From contig CAVPCT010000005.1 in assembly GCA_963702475.1 (NCBI GenBank), positions 1 to 64,000 on the forward strand: a stretch of 64,000 nucleotides of DNA, read 5' to 3'. Under the pieces are notes generated by a model, which worked only from the letters and a program-made list of their open reading frames with translations, searched no databases and had not been told where the DNA came from. The position numbers and the translations under genes were made by a program. The stretch is from an uncultured Thermoleophilia bacterium (GTDB lineage: Bacteria > Actinomycetota > Thermoleophilia > UBA2241). This document shows positions 19,618-29,161 of the stretch, in pieces. Numbering within the stretch: the first letter of the stretch is position 1; the number at the start of each line of letters is the position of its first letter.

Positions 19618-20247
19618 ATGGACGCTGAGCGCGTGCGAGTGATGATCGTGGACGACCACGTGATGGTGCGGGAGGGGCTCAAGGTACTGCTCTCCACCGC
19701 CCCGGACCTGGAGGTGGTCGGCGAGGCCGCCACCGGCGACGAAGCCGTCAGGCTCGTCCCGTCTCTCGAGCCGGACGTCGTGCTCATGGACATCATGATG
19801 CCGGTCATGAACGGGGCGGACGCGACGGCCGTGATCCGCGGCGAGCATCCGCACGTGCAGGTGATCGCCCTGACCAGCTACGCCGATGCCGACCTGGTCG
19901 AACAGACACTGGCGGCCGGCGCCATCAGCTACCTGCTCAAGGACTCGAGGCCCGAGACGCTGGTGCAAGCCGTGCGCGACGCGCGCCACGGGCGGGGCAC
20001 CATCGACAGCAGCGCCATGCATTCGGTCATGGAGCGCCAGCAGGCGGCCGTGGGCGTTGACCTCACCGTACGCGAGCGGGAGGTCCTCTCCCTGCTCGCC
20101 GGCGGCCTGAGCAACAGGGACATTGCCGACGAGCTGACTCTGAGTGTGGGCACGGTCCGCCTGCACGTGAGCAACATCCTCGCCAAACTCGACGCGCCCA
20201 ACCGCACCAGCGCCGCCATCATGGCCGTCAAGCACGGCCTGGTCTGA
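19618..20247 (+). CDS. NarL/LuxR-family response regulator
   Basis: IVDDH, VLMDIMMP, YLLKD, LTVREREVL..TVRLHVSNILAKL. Confidence 0.96.
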   Translation: MDAERVRVMIVDDHVMVREGLKVLLSTAPDLEVVGEAATGDEAVRLVPSLEPDVVLMDIMMPVMNGADATAVIRGEHPHVQVIALTSYADADLVEQTLAAGAISYLLKDSRPETLVQAVRDARHGRGTIDSSAMHSVMERQQAAVGVDLTVREREVLSLLAGGLSNRDIADELTLSVGTVRLHVSNILAKLDAPNRTSAAIMAVKHGLV

Positions 20248-20417
20248 GCGCGGCCGGAACGCCCGCGCGGAGCCCGGCCCGGCCGGCGACACCGAGCGTC
20301 GACGGCCGCGCGGACCCCATCCGCCCACCGTACGGTACACTCCCCGGACCGCCGGGGTGCACCGGACCGGCCGCCGAGGCGTCTCGCCGACGACAGTTCG
20401 ACCGAGGGACGGATCCC

Positions 20418-21065
20418 GTGAGCGCACGCAGCGACCATCGCCTCTTCGCCCGCATCCTCCCCTGGCTCGGGGCGTCCGTGCTGCTGGCGGCCGCCGTGGC
20501 CGGCATCGGCCTCTTCACCGGGGAGGCAATCAGCGAGCCGTCCCGGGTCGCGGCGGCGGCGGCCGGCGACATCTCGTATGGTCCGGCCGACGCCGACCTC
20601 ACGGTGCTCGAGTACTCGGACTTCCAGTGCCCCTTCTGCGCCCAGTACGCCGAGTGGCTCAAGGTCCTCCACGAACGGTACGGCGACCGGGTCAGGTTCG
20701 TCTACCGCTTCTACCCTCTGTCCACCCACGAGTACGCGACCATCTCGGCGCGCGCCGCGTACGCCGCCTGGAGGCAGGACAGGTTCTGGGAGATGCACGA
20801 CCTCCTCTTCCAGAACCAGGACGAGTGGGCTCAGTCCGAGGACCCGCGCCCGTTCTTCGACGCCTACGCCGAGCAACTCGGCCTTGACATTGAGCAGTTC
20901 CACGCCGACGCCGACTCGCAGGCGGCCATCGACTTCATCGAAGGGCAGGCCGCCGAAGGCAAGGCCGGCGGCGTGGAACACACCCCCTGGCTCGTGGTCG
21001 ACGACAAGGTGGTGCTGCCCCGCAGCCTCGAGCAGTTCGACGCCCTCGTGCGGGAGGCCCTGTGA
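20418..21065 (+). CDS. DsbA-family thiol-disulfide oxidoreductase, membrane anchored
   Basis: EYSDFQCPFC, RFYPL, QDRFWEMHDLLF, cis-Pro motif HTP. Confidence 0.93.
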   Translation: MSARSDHRLFARILPWLGASVLLAAAVAGIGLFTGEAISEPSRVAAAAAGDISYGPADADLTVLEYSDFQCPFCAQYAEWLKVLHERYGDRVRFVYRFYPLSTHEYATISARAAYAAWRQDRFWEMHDLLFQNQDEWAQSEDPRPFFDAYAEQLGLDIEQFHADADSQAAIDFIEGQAAEGKAGGVEHTPWLVVDDKVVLPRSLEQFDALVREAL

Positions 21066-21505
21066 CCCTGCGGCGCGGGATCGTGTGGGCGCTCACGGCG
21101 CTCTCGTTCGCCGGCTTCGTCATCTCCACCTACCTGACCTTCGTGCACTTCCGCGGGTACGTCTCGCCGTGCTATCTGGTGAACGGGTGCGAGACGGTAC
21201 AGACCAGCGCGTACTCTGTGGTGCTGGGGGTGCCGGTGGCCCTCGCCGGCGCCTTGTTCTTCGCGCTGATGTTCTACCTCGGCGTCGGTCTGCTGACGGC
21301 GGCGCGTCCCTGGGTGGTACGCACCGTCCAGGTGCTCGCGTTCGTCGCCGCCCTGGCCATGATCCCGCTGTTCTTTCTGCAGGCCATCGTGCTCAAGGCG
21401 TTCTGCAGCTACTGCCTGGCCACCGAGGCCGTCGTGCTCGCCATGTGGGTGCTGACCTTCCTCCTGACCCGGGCGGCGGGGCGAGAGCACGCCGTCGCCG
21501 ACTGA
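21062..21505 (+). CDS. Vitamin K epoxide reductase (VKOR) family protein
   Basis: Four TMs, loop cysteines PCYLVNGCETVQTSAYS, active-site CSYC; GTGA overlap with the DsbA gene. Confidence 0.93.
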   Translation: MTLRRGIVWALTALSFAGFVISTYLTFVHFRGYVSPCYLVNGCETVQTSAYSVVLGVPVALAGALFFALMFYLGVGLLTAARPWVVRTVQVLAFVAALAMIPLFFLQAIVLKAFCSYCLATEAVVLAMWVLTFLLTRAAGREHAVAD

Positions 21506-21509
21506 GGCC

Positions 21510-24500
21510 ATGATGGAGACGCCGGGCCGCCGCCCGCGCACGCTCTCAAGGGCGCTCGCCGCGCTGGTCGCGGCCGCGGCCCTCGCCGTCGCGGCCTGCG
21601 GCGGGGACGAAGCCGGGCCGCAGGCAGGGATCGCCCCCAAGGGCGCCACCGCCGCCGACGCCGGCGTGACCAACGGCGCCATCTCGTACACGACGCTCAA
21701 CCTCGTGACCATGATGGCGGAGCAGCCCGACCAGGTGGACAGGGTCAACGCCGCCCAGCGGGCGATCCAGAGAAGCGCCGGCAAGCCTGCTCCTCCGGCG
21801 GTCGAGCTCGACCCCGGCGGCACGCCCGACTACTTCGGCGGCTCGCCCAACTGGGCCACCAGCCCTCCCCTGCGCAAGTTCGTCGACTCCCTGCCCGGGC
21901 TCGGCGCCGGCGCGGCCAACGACCTCGGCCAGTTCATCCCGGTCGCCGTCCCCGACACGGTCACGTACCCGGGGTCTGACTACTACGAGATCGCCGTGCG
22001 TGAGTACGCGGAGCGGTTGCACAGCGACCTGCCCGCGACGACGCTGCGCGGCTACGTGCAGATGAACGTCGGCACGGGCGCGGACGGGCGCAACACGGTG
22101 CGGCCCGCGGGCATCCACTACCTCGGGCCGCTCATCCGCGCCCGCAAGGGACGCCCCGTGCGCATCAAGTTCGTGAACCAGCTGCCCACGGGCGCTGCCG
22201 GCAAGCTCTTTCTGCCGGTCGACACCACGGTGACCGGCGCGGGCACGGGCCCGGACGAGGGCGACGCGCTCTATCCGCAGAACCGGGCCTCCCTGCACCT
22301 GCAGGGCGGGCTCACGCCGTGGATCAGCGGTGGCTCGCCCTATCAGTGGGCCACCCCGAAGGGCGAGCGCTCACCGTACGCCTCGGGCCCGGGCCTCTTC
22401 CCCGTCCCGGACATGTGGTTCGACGCCGACGGCAGGCCCGTGCCCGCGGGCACGCCGGGCGCCACCAACGACCCCGGGCCCGGCGCCACGACGCTGTACT
22501 TCACCAACGCGCAGAGCGCCCGTTTCCTCTACCTGCACGACGACACCTTCGGCCTCACCCGGCTCAGCGTGTACGCCGGCGAGGCGGCGCCGTACTTCGT
22601 CGGCGACGAGGTCGAAGACGAGCTCGTCGCCGGCAACCTCGGCGACCCCGCCGGAAGCCGGGTCATCGACCGTGAGGTCCAGCCCGGCACGCTGCCGGCC
22701 GCCGAGCTCCCCCTGCTCATCGAGGACAAGACCTTCGTCCCCGGCCCGGAGCAGCTCGTGACCCAGGACCCCACGTGGGACACGCCGGCGTGGGGCGGCC
22801 TGGGCGCGCTCTGGTACCCGCACGTCTACATGCCCAACCAGAACAATGCCGACGTGAAGGACCTGAACCCGATGGGCCGCTGGGACTACCTGCCCTGGTT
22901 CTGGAAGGGGTACACGGGCACCGTGAACGGGCCGGTCGCCAACCCCCTGTACCGGCTTGCCGTCTACGAGCCCAGCGACAACCCGGGCACCCCCAACCCG
23001 TCGGCGGTCCCGAACGCCTTCTTCGACACCATGCTGGTCAACGGCACCGCCTACCCCTACGTGCGGGTCGAACGCAAGGCGTATCGCCTGCGCATCCTGA
23101 ACGCCTGCCCCGACCGCTCGCTCAACCTGCAGCTCTACTACGCCAGCTCCAACGAGTACGCCGAGACCGGCGCCGGAGGAAAGCCGCTGCTGCAGACCGA
23201 CTCCGGCGAGGTGCCGATGCTGGCGGCCGTCCCACCGGTGGCCGGCGGCTGGCCGGTCGGCTGGCCGACCGATGGGCGCGACGGCGGCGTCCCCGACCCT
23301 CGCGCCGCAGGACCCGACATGATACAGATCGCCGACGGCGGCGGCCTGCTCCCCCAGGCCGTGCCGCTGCCGACCACGCCGGTCGGGTACCTGAGGCAGA
23401 CCAAGCCCGCGGGCAGCATGGGCGGCGGCATGGGCCGGGGCACCGCGGCGGAGCGCGTGGTCGTCGACATCACGACCCGCACGCTCTGGCTGAGCCCGGG
23501 ACAGCGCGCCGACGTCGTGGTCGACTTCTCGCAGGTGCCTGCCGGCTCCAAGCTGATCCTGTACAACGACGCGCCCGCACCCTCGCCCGTCGCGGACAGC
23601 CGCCTGGACTACTACACCGGCGGCGCGGACCTCCGGGTCATCGGCGGCGGCGCTCCCACCGTGGCGGGCTACGGCCCGAACACACGCACGGTCCTGCAGT
23701 TCCAGGTGGACGGGCCGGCGGCGCCGGCATTCGACGTCGCGAGACTGCGGACCGCGCTGCCGGCAGCCTACGCCGCGGCCCAGGACCCGGTGCTGGTCCC
23801 CACCGCGGAGTACACGGCCGTGTACGGCGACGCCGCGGCCGCGGCCCCCTACTCCGAGGAGACCAGCGGCACGCTGACGTTCACGCCGCTGGACCGCGGC
23901 TACCGCCTCACGCTGCCGGTGCAGGGCAAGATGGTCAGCGAGCTCTTCGATCCGGCCTACGGGCGCAAGACGGCGACGCTCGGCGTGGACGCGCCTCTCT
24001 CCGCCAGCGGGGCACGAACCGGCGTGCCCTACTCGGCCATCGACCCGGCCACCGAGTTCGCCGCGGTCTCACTCATGGCGGACGTCCCCAAGCTCGGCGA
24101 CGGCACGCAGATCTGGCGCATCACGCACGACGGACTGCTGGAGCACAGCATCAGCTTCACGGGGGTCCAGGTGCAGGTCATCGCCCGCGGCCGCCGCGAC
24201 GGCGAGAGCATCCCGCCCGACCCCAGGGACCTCGGCTGGAAGGACACCGTGCGCCTCGACCCGCTCGAGTGGTGCCTCCTGGCGCTCAGACCGGTGGTCC
24301 CCGAGCTTCCGTTCGCGCTGCCGGCCAGCGAGCGCCTGTTCGACGTGACCAGGCCCGAGGGCGCCGAGGGCGGGTTCACCGAGCTCGACCCGGTCACCGC
24401 GGCGCCTGCCGTCGTGGTCAACGGCTCGGGTGACTACAGCTGGGAGTACGCGTGGAGCATCCACCTGCCGGGAGGTGAGGAGAGCCACATGGTCCGCCCG

Positions 24501-24803
24501 CTGGTCCTGACCGGAAGCCCGCAGGCGCCCGACGGCCTCACCGCTTCGGCGACGGGCGGGGCGGGCGTCGAGCTGCGCTGGTCCCCGTCCATCTTCCCGC
24601 CTCCGGCGAGCGGGTTCGAGGTGCAGCGGGCCACCGACGAAGGCTTCACCGAGGATCTGGAGTCGTTCGCCGTGCCGGGGGATGCCGTCACGTACAGCGA
24701 CGACGGCGCGCCGGGCGGCCGCACGAGCCACTACCGGGTGCGCGCCCAGACCGCCGCGGGATCGTCACCGTGGTCGGCTGCGGCCGACGTGGACGTGCCG
24801 TAG
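21510..24803 (+). CDS. Lipoprotein multicopper-oxidase paralogue with degenerate copper sites, C-terminal FN3
   Basis: Lipobox LAVAAC-GG; collinear with the 9881 MCO (RKFVDSLPGL, YGPNTRT, DGTQIWRITH, GWKDT) but motifs read HLQ, HDD, HSISFT and SIHLPGGEESHM. Confidence 0.9.
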   Translation: MMETPGRRPRTLSRALAALVAAAALAVAACGGDEAGPQAGIAPKGATAADAGVTNGAISYTTLNLVTMMAEQPDQVDRVNAAQRAIQRSAGKPAPPAVELDPGGTPDYFGGSPNWATSPPLRKFVDSLPGLGAGAANDLGQFIPVAVPDTVTYPGSDYYEIAVREYAERLHSDLPATTLRGYVQMNVGTGADGRNTVRPAGIHYLGPLIRARKGRPVRIKFVNQLPTGAAGKLFLPVDTTVTGAGTGPDEGDALYPQNRASLHLQGGLTPWISGGSPYQWATPKGERSPYASGPGLFPVPDMWFDADGRPVPAGTPGATNDPGPGATTLYFTNAQSARFLYLHDDTFGLTRLSVYAGEAAPYFVGDEVEDELVAGNLGDPAGSRVIDREVQPGTLPAAELPLLIEDKTFVPGPEQLVTQDPTWDTPAWGGLGALWYPHVYMPNQNNADVKDLNPMGRWDYLPWFWKGYTGTVNGPVANPLYRLAVYEPSDNPGTPNPSAVPNAFFDTMLVNGTAYPYVRVERKAYRLRILNACPDRSLNLQLYYASSNEYAETGAGGKPLLQTDSGEVPMLAAVPPVAGGWPVGWPTDGRDGGVPDPRAAGPDMIQIADGGGLLPQAVPLPTTPVGYLRQTKPAGSMGGGMGRGTAAERVVVDITTRTLWLSPGQRADVVVDFSQVPAGSKLILYNDAPAPSPVADSRLDYYTGGADLRVIGGGAPTVAGYGPNTRTVLQFQVDGPAAPAFDVARLRTALPAAYAAAQDPVLVPTAEYTAVYGDAAAAAPYSEETSGTLTFTPLDRGYRLTLPVQGKMVSELFDPAYGRKTATLGVDAPLSASGARTGVPYSAIDPATEFAAVSLMADVPKLGDGTQIWRITHDGLLEHSISFTGVQVQVIARGRRDGESIPPDPRDLGWKDTVRLDPLEWCLLALRPVVPELPFALPASERLFDVTRPEGAEGGFTELDPVTAAPAVVVNGSGDYSWEYAWSIHLPGGEESHMVRPLVLTGSPQAPDGLTASATGGAGVELRWSPSIFPPPASGFEVQRATDEGFTEDLESFAVPGDAVTYSDDGAPGGRTSHYRVRAQTAAGSSPWSAAADVDVP

Positions 24804-25074
24804 GGACGACCCACGACCCGGCGCTGCCGATGCCGCGACCTCGACGGAGCCCCGGGAAACAAGGGCGCGACGCGTGCCGGGCTTGGCGGACCGGGGTGCA
24901 GCGTGTCGGGCACTCAGCCCTGATCGCTTGAAAGCTGTCAGGCCCGAGGGCCCGAACAGGGACAACCGTCACGGCGCGCGGTAACGGTACACGACCTCCA
25001 CTCGGTCACGAAACGGCGCCCGAACTGTCGCCCGGGCGCCGGAAACGCGGGTGAGGATGTGGGCGTTTCGCGGA

Positions 25075-25218
25075 TCAGGCGGGGCCCGAGACGACGAAGA
25101 ACAGCACCAGCGCGACGAGGAACGCCACCATACCGCCGCTGGCCAGCACCGAGCTTGCCGTCGCGGTGTGCGCACGCTCCAGGACTCTCACCTGCTCCCT
25201 CTGCCCCGCCCGTTCCAT
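25075..25218 (-). CDS. Small (47 aa) protein with a C-terminal TM helix
   Basis: GGGAGGAG RBS immediately before ATG; ends GGMVAFLVALVLFFVVSGPA; hairpin near 25017-25040 downstream. Confidence 0.55.
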   Translation of the reverse strand: MERAGQREQVRVLERAHTATASSVLASGGMVAFLVALVLFFVVSGPA

Positions 25219-25269
25219 GGCTCCTCCCGCGCTTCTGTCCTCACGGTCCACTTCGGACCTCTGGTCCAA

Positions 25270-25296
25270 GTATCGACAGGAGGGGACGGAACCTAA
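25270..25296 (-). promoter_or_regulatory. Candidate sigma-28 (FliA/WhiG) promoter
   Basis: TTAG-N15-GTCGATAC versus consensus TAAA-N15-GCCGATAA. Confidence 0.4.
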
Positions 25297-25412
25297 GCGC
25301 GTTAGACGTTTGTTCCGGGAGGACTCGGCATCTGCGCGCAGGCGGGAAGGAGGGCCGGCGTGCGCGCGGCGGGACGCGGCGCACGCCTGTGGTCGTCCGG
25401 CGAGGGCGCGCG

Positions 25413-26579
25413 TCAGGCCCGGGCCGGCGAGGAGCGGTGCGCGCCGCGGATGAGCTCGAGGAGCGCGTCGACCAGCTGCCCCTCGGGCAGCGTCCCGACG
25501 CGCTCACCGTGATCGAAGAGCACGCCCTCGCCCGATCCCGCGGCGATGCCGTAGTCGGCGTGCCTCGCCTCTTCCGGGCCGTTCACGCGACAGCCCATCA
25601 CGGCCACCGTGATGACCTCGCCGGCCAGCGCCGGGTCGGCGCCCAGCCGGAGCTCCACCTGCTCGGCCAGCCGCACGATGTCGACCTCGGTGCGGCCGCA
25701 GGTGGGACACGAGATCACGTCGGGGCCGCGCCGCCGCAGGTCCAGCGCGGCCAGGATCTTCCAGGCGACCCGCACCTCTTCGACGGGGTCGCCGGTGAGC
25801 GACACGCGCAGCGTGTCCCCGATGCCGTCGGCCAGCAGCGCCCCGATGCCGACGGCGCTCTTGATCGTGCCGCCCCACACCGTCCCCGCCTCGGTGACAC
25901 CCACGTGGAGCGGCGCCTGCGAGCGCCGGGCGAGGAGACGGTAGGCGGCGATCGTCACCGGCACGCTCGAGCTCTTCACGCTGAGCTTGTACTCGTGGAA
26001 GCCCCAGTCGTCGAACTGCGCCGCCCAGCGCAGCGCCGCCTCGACAAGCGCTTCGGCCGGCTCGTGCGCCGCGCGGTCGCGCAGCTCGCGCGGCAGCGAG
26101 CCGGCGTTCACGCCGATGCGGATGGCCACCGGCGCCTCGCCGGCGCCCGCGGGCGGCGTGCCGCCGCCCTGCACGGCCGCAGCACCCGCCGGCACGCGCG
26201 CCTCGGCCGCCGCGCGCACGATCTCGCGGACATGCTTCTCGGCCATCGTGCCGGGGTTGATGCGGATGCCGGCGGCGCCGGCCTCGACGGCCGCCAGGGC
26301 GAGGCGCCAGTCGTAGTGGATGTCGGCGATCACCGGCACCGGGAGGCCACCCGGGGCTGGCGCCGGAGCCTCGCGCACGATGCGCGCGAACGCCGGCGCC
26401 TCCTCCGCCGTCGGCAGGCTCACGCGCACGATCTCGCAGCCGGCGGCGGCCAGGGCGCGGACCTGCGCGAGCGTCGCGTCGGCGTCCCCGGTCCGCGTGC
26501 AGGTCATGGACTGCACGGCGACCGGGGCGCCGCCACCGACCGGCACCGGGCCGACCATGATGCGCCGCGCGCTGCTCAC
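25413..26579 (-). CDS. ispG: HMBPP synthase (flavodoxin-dependent)
   Basis: VAVQSMT, ADIHYD, RINPG, IRIGVNAGSL, PLHVGVTEAG, GIGDTLRVSL, SCPTCGR, MGCRVNGP. Confidence 0.97.
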   Translation of the reverse strand: MSSARRIMVGPVPVGGGAPVAVQSMTCTRTGDADATLAQVRALAAAGCEIVRVSLPTAEEAPAFARIVREAPAPAPGGLPVPVIADIHYDWRLALAAVEAGAAGIRINPGTMAEKHVREIVRAAAEARVPAGAAAVQGGGTPPAGAGEAPVAIRIGVNAGSLPRELRDRAAHEPAEALVEAALRWAAQFDDWGFHEYKLSVKSSSVPVTIAAYRLLARRSQAPLHVGVTEAGTVWGGTIKSAVGIGALLADGIGDTLRVSLTGDPVEEVRVAWKILAALDLRRRGPDVISCPTCGRTEVDIVRLAEQVELRLGADPALAGEVITVAVMGCRVNGPEEARHADYGIAAGSGEGVLFDHGERVGTLPEGQLVDALLELIRGAHRSSPARA

Positions 26580-27535
26580 GAGCGGCCCCGGTACCACTCC
26601 CAGGTGGCGGCCATGCCGTCGGCGAAGCTCCGCGACGCCTCCCAGTTCAGCACCCACCTGGCGCGGCCGGTGTCGGCGCGCGAACGGCGGATGTCCCCCT
26701 CGCGCGGCGCCGCGTGCTCGCGAGGCATCGCCCGGCCGCTCAGCGTCTCGAGCACCCCGAGCACGGCGAGCACGCTGGTCTCCACACCCGAGCCCACGTT
26801 CACGACCGCGACCCCGGCGGCGGGCCGCCGCAGCGCGCGACCGATGGCCTCCACCACATCGCCGACGAAGACGAAGTCGCGGGTCTGCTCGCCGTCTCCG
26901 TGCACGGTGACGCCCTCGCCGGCGACGGCCGCCGCCATGAAGCGGCTAATGACCCCCGAGTACTCCGAGCCGGGGTCCTGACGGGGGCCGAACACGTTGA
27001 AGAACCGCAGGCAGGCGGCCGCGAGCTGGCCGGCATCGGCCGCGGCCGCACAGACCTCCTCCGCCGCCAGCTTGTGCTCGGCGTAGGGGCTCAGCGGGCG
27101 CGGCGGAGCCATCTCGGCGACGGGCAGCTCCCTCGCATCGCCGTACACCGCGCAACTGGAGGCCAGTACGATGCGAGGGACCTCCGCGTCCACGGCCCAG
27201 CGCACCACGTTGACGGTGCCGCCGTGCGTCACGCTTCCCGTGCCCACCGGGTCGGCCACGGAGCGGGACACCGACGCGACGGCCGCGAGGTGACAGACGG
27301 CCGCGCAGCCGTCCACCGCCTCGCGGACCTTGACCTCGTCCCGCACGTCGCCGGCGATGAGCTGGAAGCTGCCGCCGTGCATGGCGGCCAGGGCCTCGGC
27401 GCCGCGCAGGTTCTGCGTCTTGCCGGTGCTGAAGTCGTCGAGCACGCGCACGTCGTGGCCCGCCGTCAGGAGGGCGTCCACGAGGTGGGAGCCGATGAAG
27501 CCGGCGCCGCCGGTGACCAGGATCACATCGTCCAC
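26576..27535 (-). CDS. NAD-dependent epimerase/dehydratase (UDP-Glc/GlcNAc 4-epimerase-like)
   Basis: TGGAGFIG, SPYAEHK, RFFNVFGPRQDP..YSGVI, GDGEQTRDF. Confidence 0.93.
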   Translation of the reverse strand: MDDVILVTGGAGFIGSHLVDALLTAGHDVRVLDDFSTGKTQNLRGAEALAAMHGGSFQLIAGDVRDEVKVREAVDGCAAVCHLAAVASVSRSVADPVGTGSVTHGGTVNVVRWAVDAEVPRIVLASSCAVYGDARELPVAEMAPPRPLSPYAEHKLAAEEVCAAAADAGQLAAACLRFFNVFGPRQDPGSEYSGVISRFMAAAVAGEGVTVHGDGEQTRDFVFVGDVVEAIGRALRRPAAGVAVVNVGSGVETSVLAVLGVLETLSGRAMPREHAAPREGDIRRSRADTGRARWVLNWEASRSFADGMAATWEWYRGRS

Positions 27536-27639
27536 GAACTCATCTTACCGTTCCGGGAAGCCGCGGCGGCCCGGCGGCCCGCCCGTGGCGGCGCCTCGGG
27601 CGGCGCTCCGTCGGCGAGCGCCGCCGGGGACCCGCGCCG

Positions 27640-28878
27640 TCACCCCCCGAACAGGCGCTTGACGTCGTTGAACGTCAGGAAGATGAACAGCATCACCAGC
27701 AGCACTGTGCCGAAGGCGATCATGCGTTCGAACATCTTGGCGTTCACACGCTTGCCGCGCAGGCGCTCCAGGATGTTGAGGGCGATATGTCCCCCGTCGA
27801 ACGGCAGGATGGGCAGCAGGTTGATGAGCCCGAGGTTGAAGCTCAGGAACGCCAGCAGCACCGGGTACCAGCTCTGCTCCACTGCCTGCCGGCTGACGTT
27901 GACGATGCCGACCGGCCCCACGGCTCCCTCCGGACCCGTGGCGTCGATCTTGCCGGAAGCCAGCCACCAGAAGCCGGTGACCGTACCCACCGCTACGTCG
28001 CGGAAGCCCTCCGCGCCGAGCTTCACGGCCCCCACGAAGCCGGGGTACTCTCGGACGACGGACGCGCCTACGCCAAGGTAGCCGCTCCCGGGCGCCTGTG
28101 GATTCTCGCTGAGCGTCACCGTGACGGTCCGCACACCGGACTCGCCCTCGGGCCGGTACGTGAGCTCGATGGTCTCGTTGGGATGGTCGCGGAAGTACGC
28201 GGAAGCCTCGTCCCACGTCGTCCACCGCTGCCCGTCCGCACCGACGAGCGTGTCGCCGGCCACCAGACCGATCGTGCCGGCCGGCGCCTCCTTGACCACC
28301 TCCTCCAGCGTGAGGCTGGCTTCGGGAACGCCGCCGATGCCGACGAAAAGGATGAGGATGACCGCAGCGGCGATGAAGTTCATGAGGGGGCCGGCGAAGA
28401 TGGTGATGTTGCGCTTCCAGACCGCCTTCTTGTAGTACACGCGGTCACCGACGTCCTCGGGGACCTCCTCCTCCGGCGTCATGCCGCTGATCTTGCAGAA
28501 GCCGCCGAGGGGGATGATGCCGATGCCGTACTCCGTCTCGCCCCAGGTGTGGCGCAGAGCCGCCGGAGGGAAGCCGACGTAGAACTTCTCGACGCGCATG
28601 CCGAACGCCTTGGCGGCGATGAAGTGGCCGAGCTCGTGCACGGTGATGAGCAGGGCGAGCCCGAGGATGGCGATGACCCACACCCACTGGCCCATGATGA
28701 GGGCGACGAGGATGGCGCCGCCCAGCAGGAGCGACCAGGGGCTGATGATCCTCGCCTTGCCGTCGGGCTGCGAGGGCTGCGACGCCGAGGTCGACGTCGA
28801 GTGCGGTGCGACAGACGAAGGCCGCGGCGCGGGGTGCCGCTCGGACGTCTTCTTCTGGGGCGTCGTGTCGTCGTCCAT
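27640..28878 (-). CDS. rseP: Site-2 (M50) intramembrane zinc protease with PDZ-like domain
   Basis: HELGH, PLGGFCKI, AGPLMN, NLLPILPFDGG; canonical position after dxr. Confidence 0.93.
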   Translation of the reverse strand: MDDDTTPQKKTSERHPAPRPSSVAPHSTSTSASQPSQPDGKARIISPWSLLLGGAILVALIMGQWVWVIAILGLALLITVHELGHFIAAKAFGMRVEKFYVGFPPAALRHTWGETEYGIGIIPLGGFCKISGMTPEEEVPEDVGDRVYYKKAVWKRNITIFAGPLMNFIAAAVILILFVGIGGVPEASLTLEEVVKEAPAGTIGLVAGDTLVGADGQRWTTWDEASAYFRDHPNETIELTYRPEGESGVRTVTVTLSENPQAPGSGYLGVGASVVREYPGFVGAVKLGAEGFRDVAVGTVTGFWWLASGKIDATGPEGAVGPVGIVNVSRQAVEQSWYPVLLAFLSFNLGLINLLPILPFDGGHIALNILERLRGKRVNAKMFERMIAFGTVLLVMLFIFLTFNDVKRLFGG

Positions 28879-29161
28879 GCGCTCTCTGTCACACTCCTCC
28901 GCCACCGGACCGTTCGTGCGCGTGGCTCTCGACGCCGTGCCGCGCCTTGGCGGCCCGGTTCCTGCGGTGCTGGCTTCCTGCTCTAGTGTGAGTGGTACCC
29001 GTCGCGGAAACCACCCGGACGCCGTCGCGGTGACCCTCGTCACGAGCAGACGACGACCTCTGGGGGCGAGACGCCGCGTCGGATGAGCCGGTTCGCGGCT
29101 CCACGTGGTTCACAGCAGCCTCTCAGGAACGGCTCCGCGCGTCACGAGCCCGCCGGCGCGG

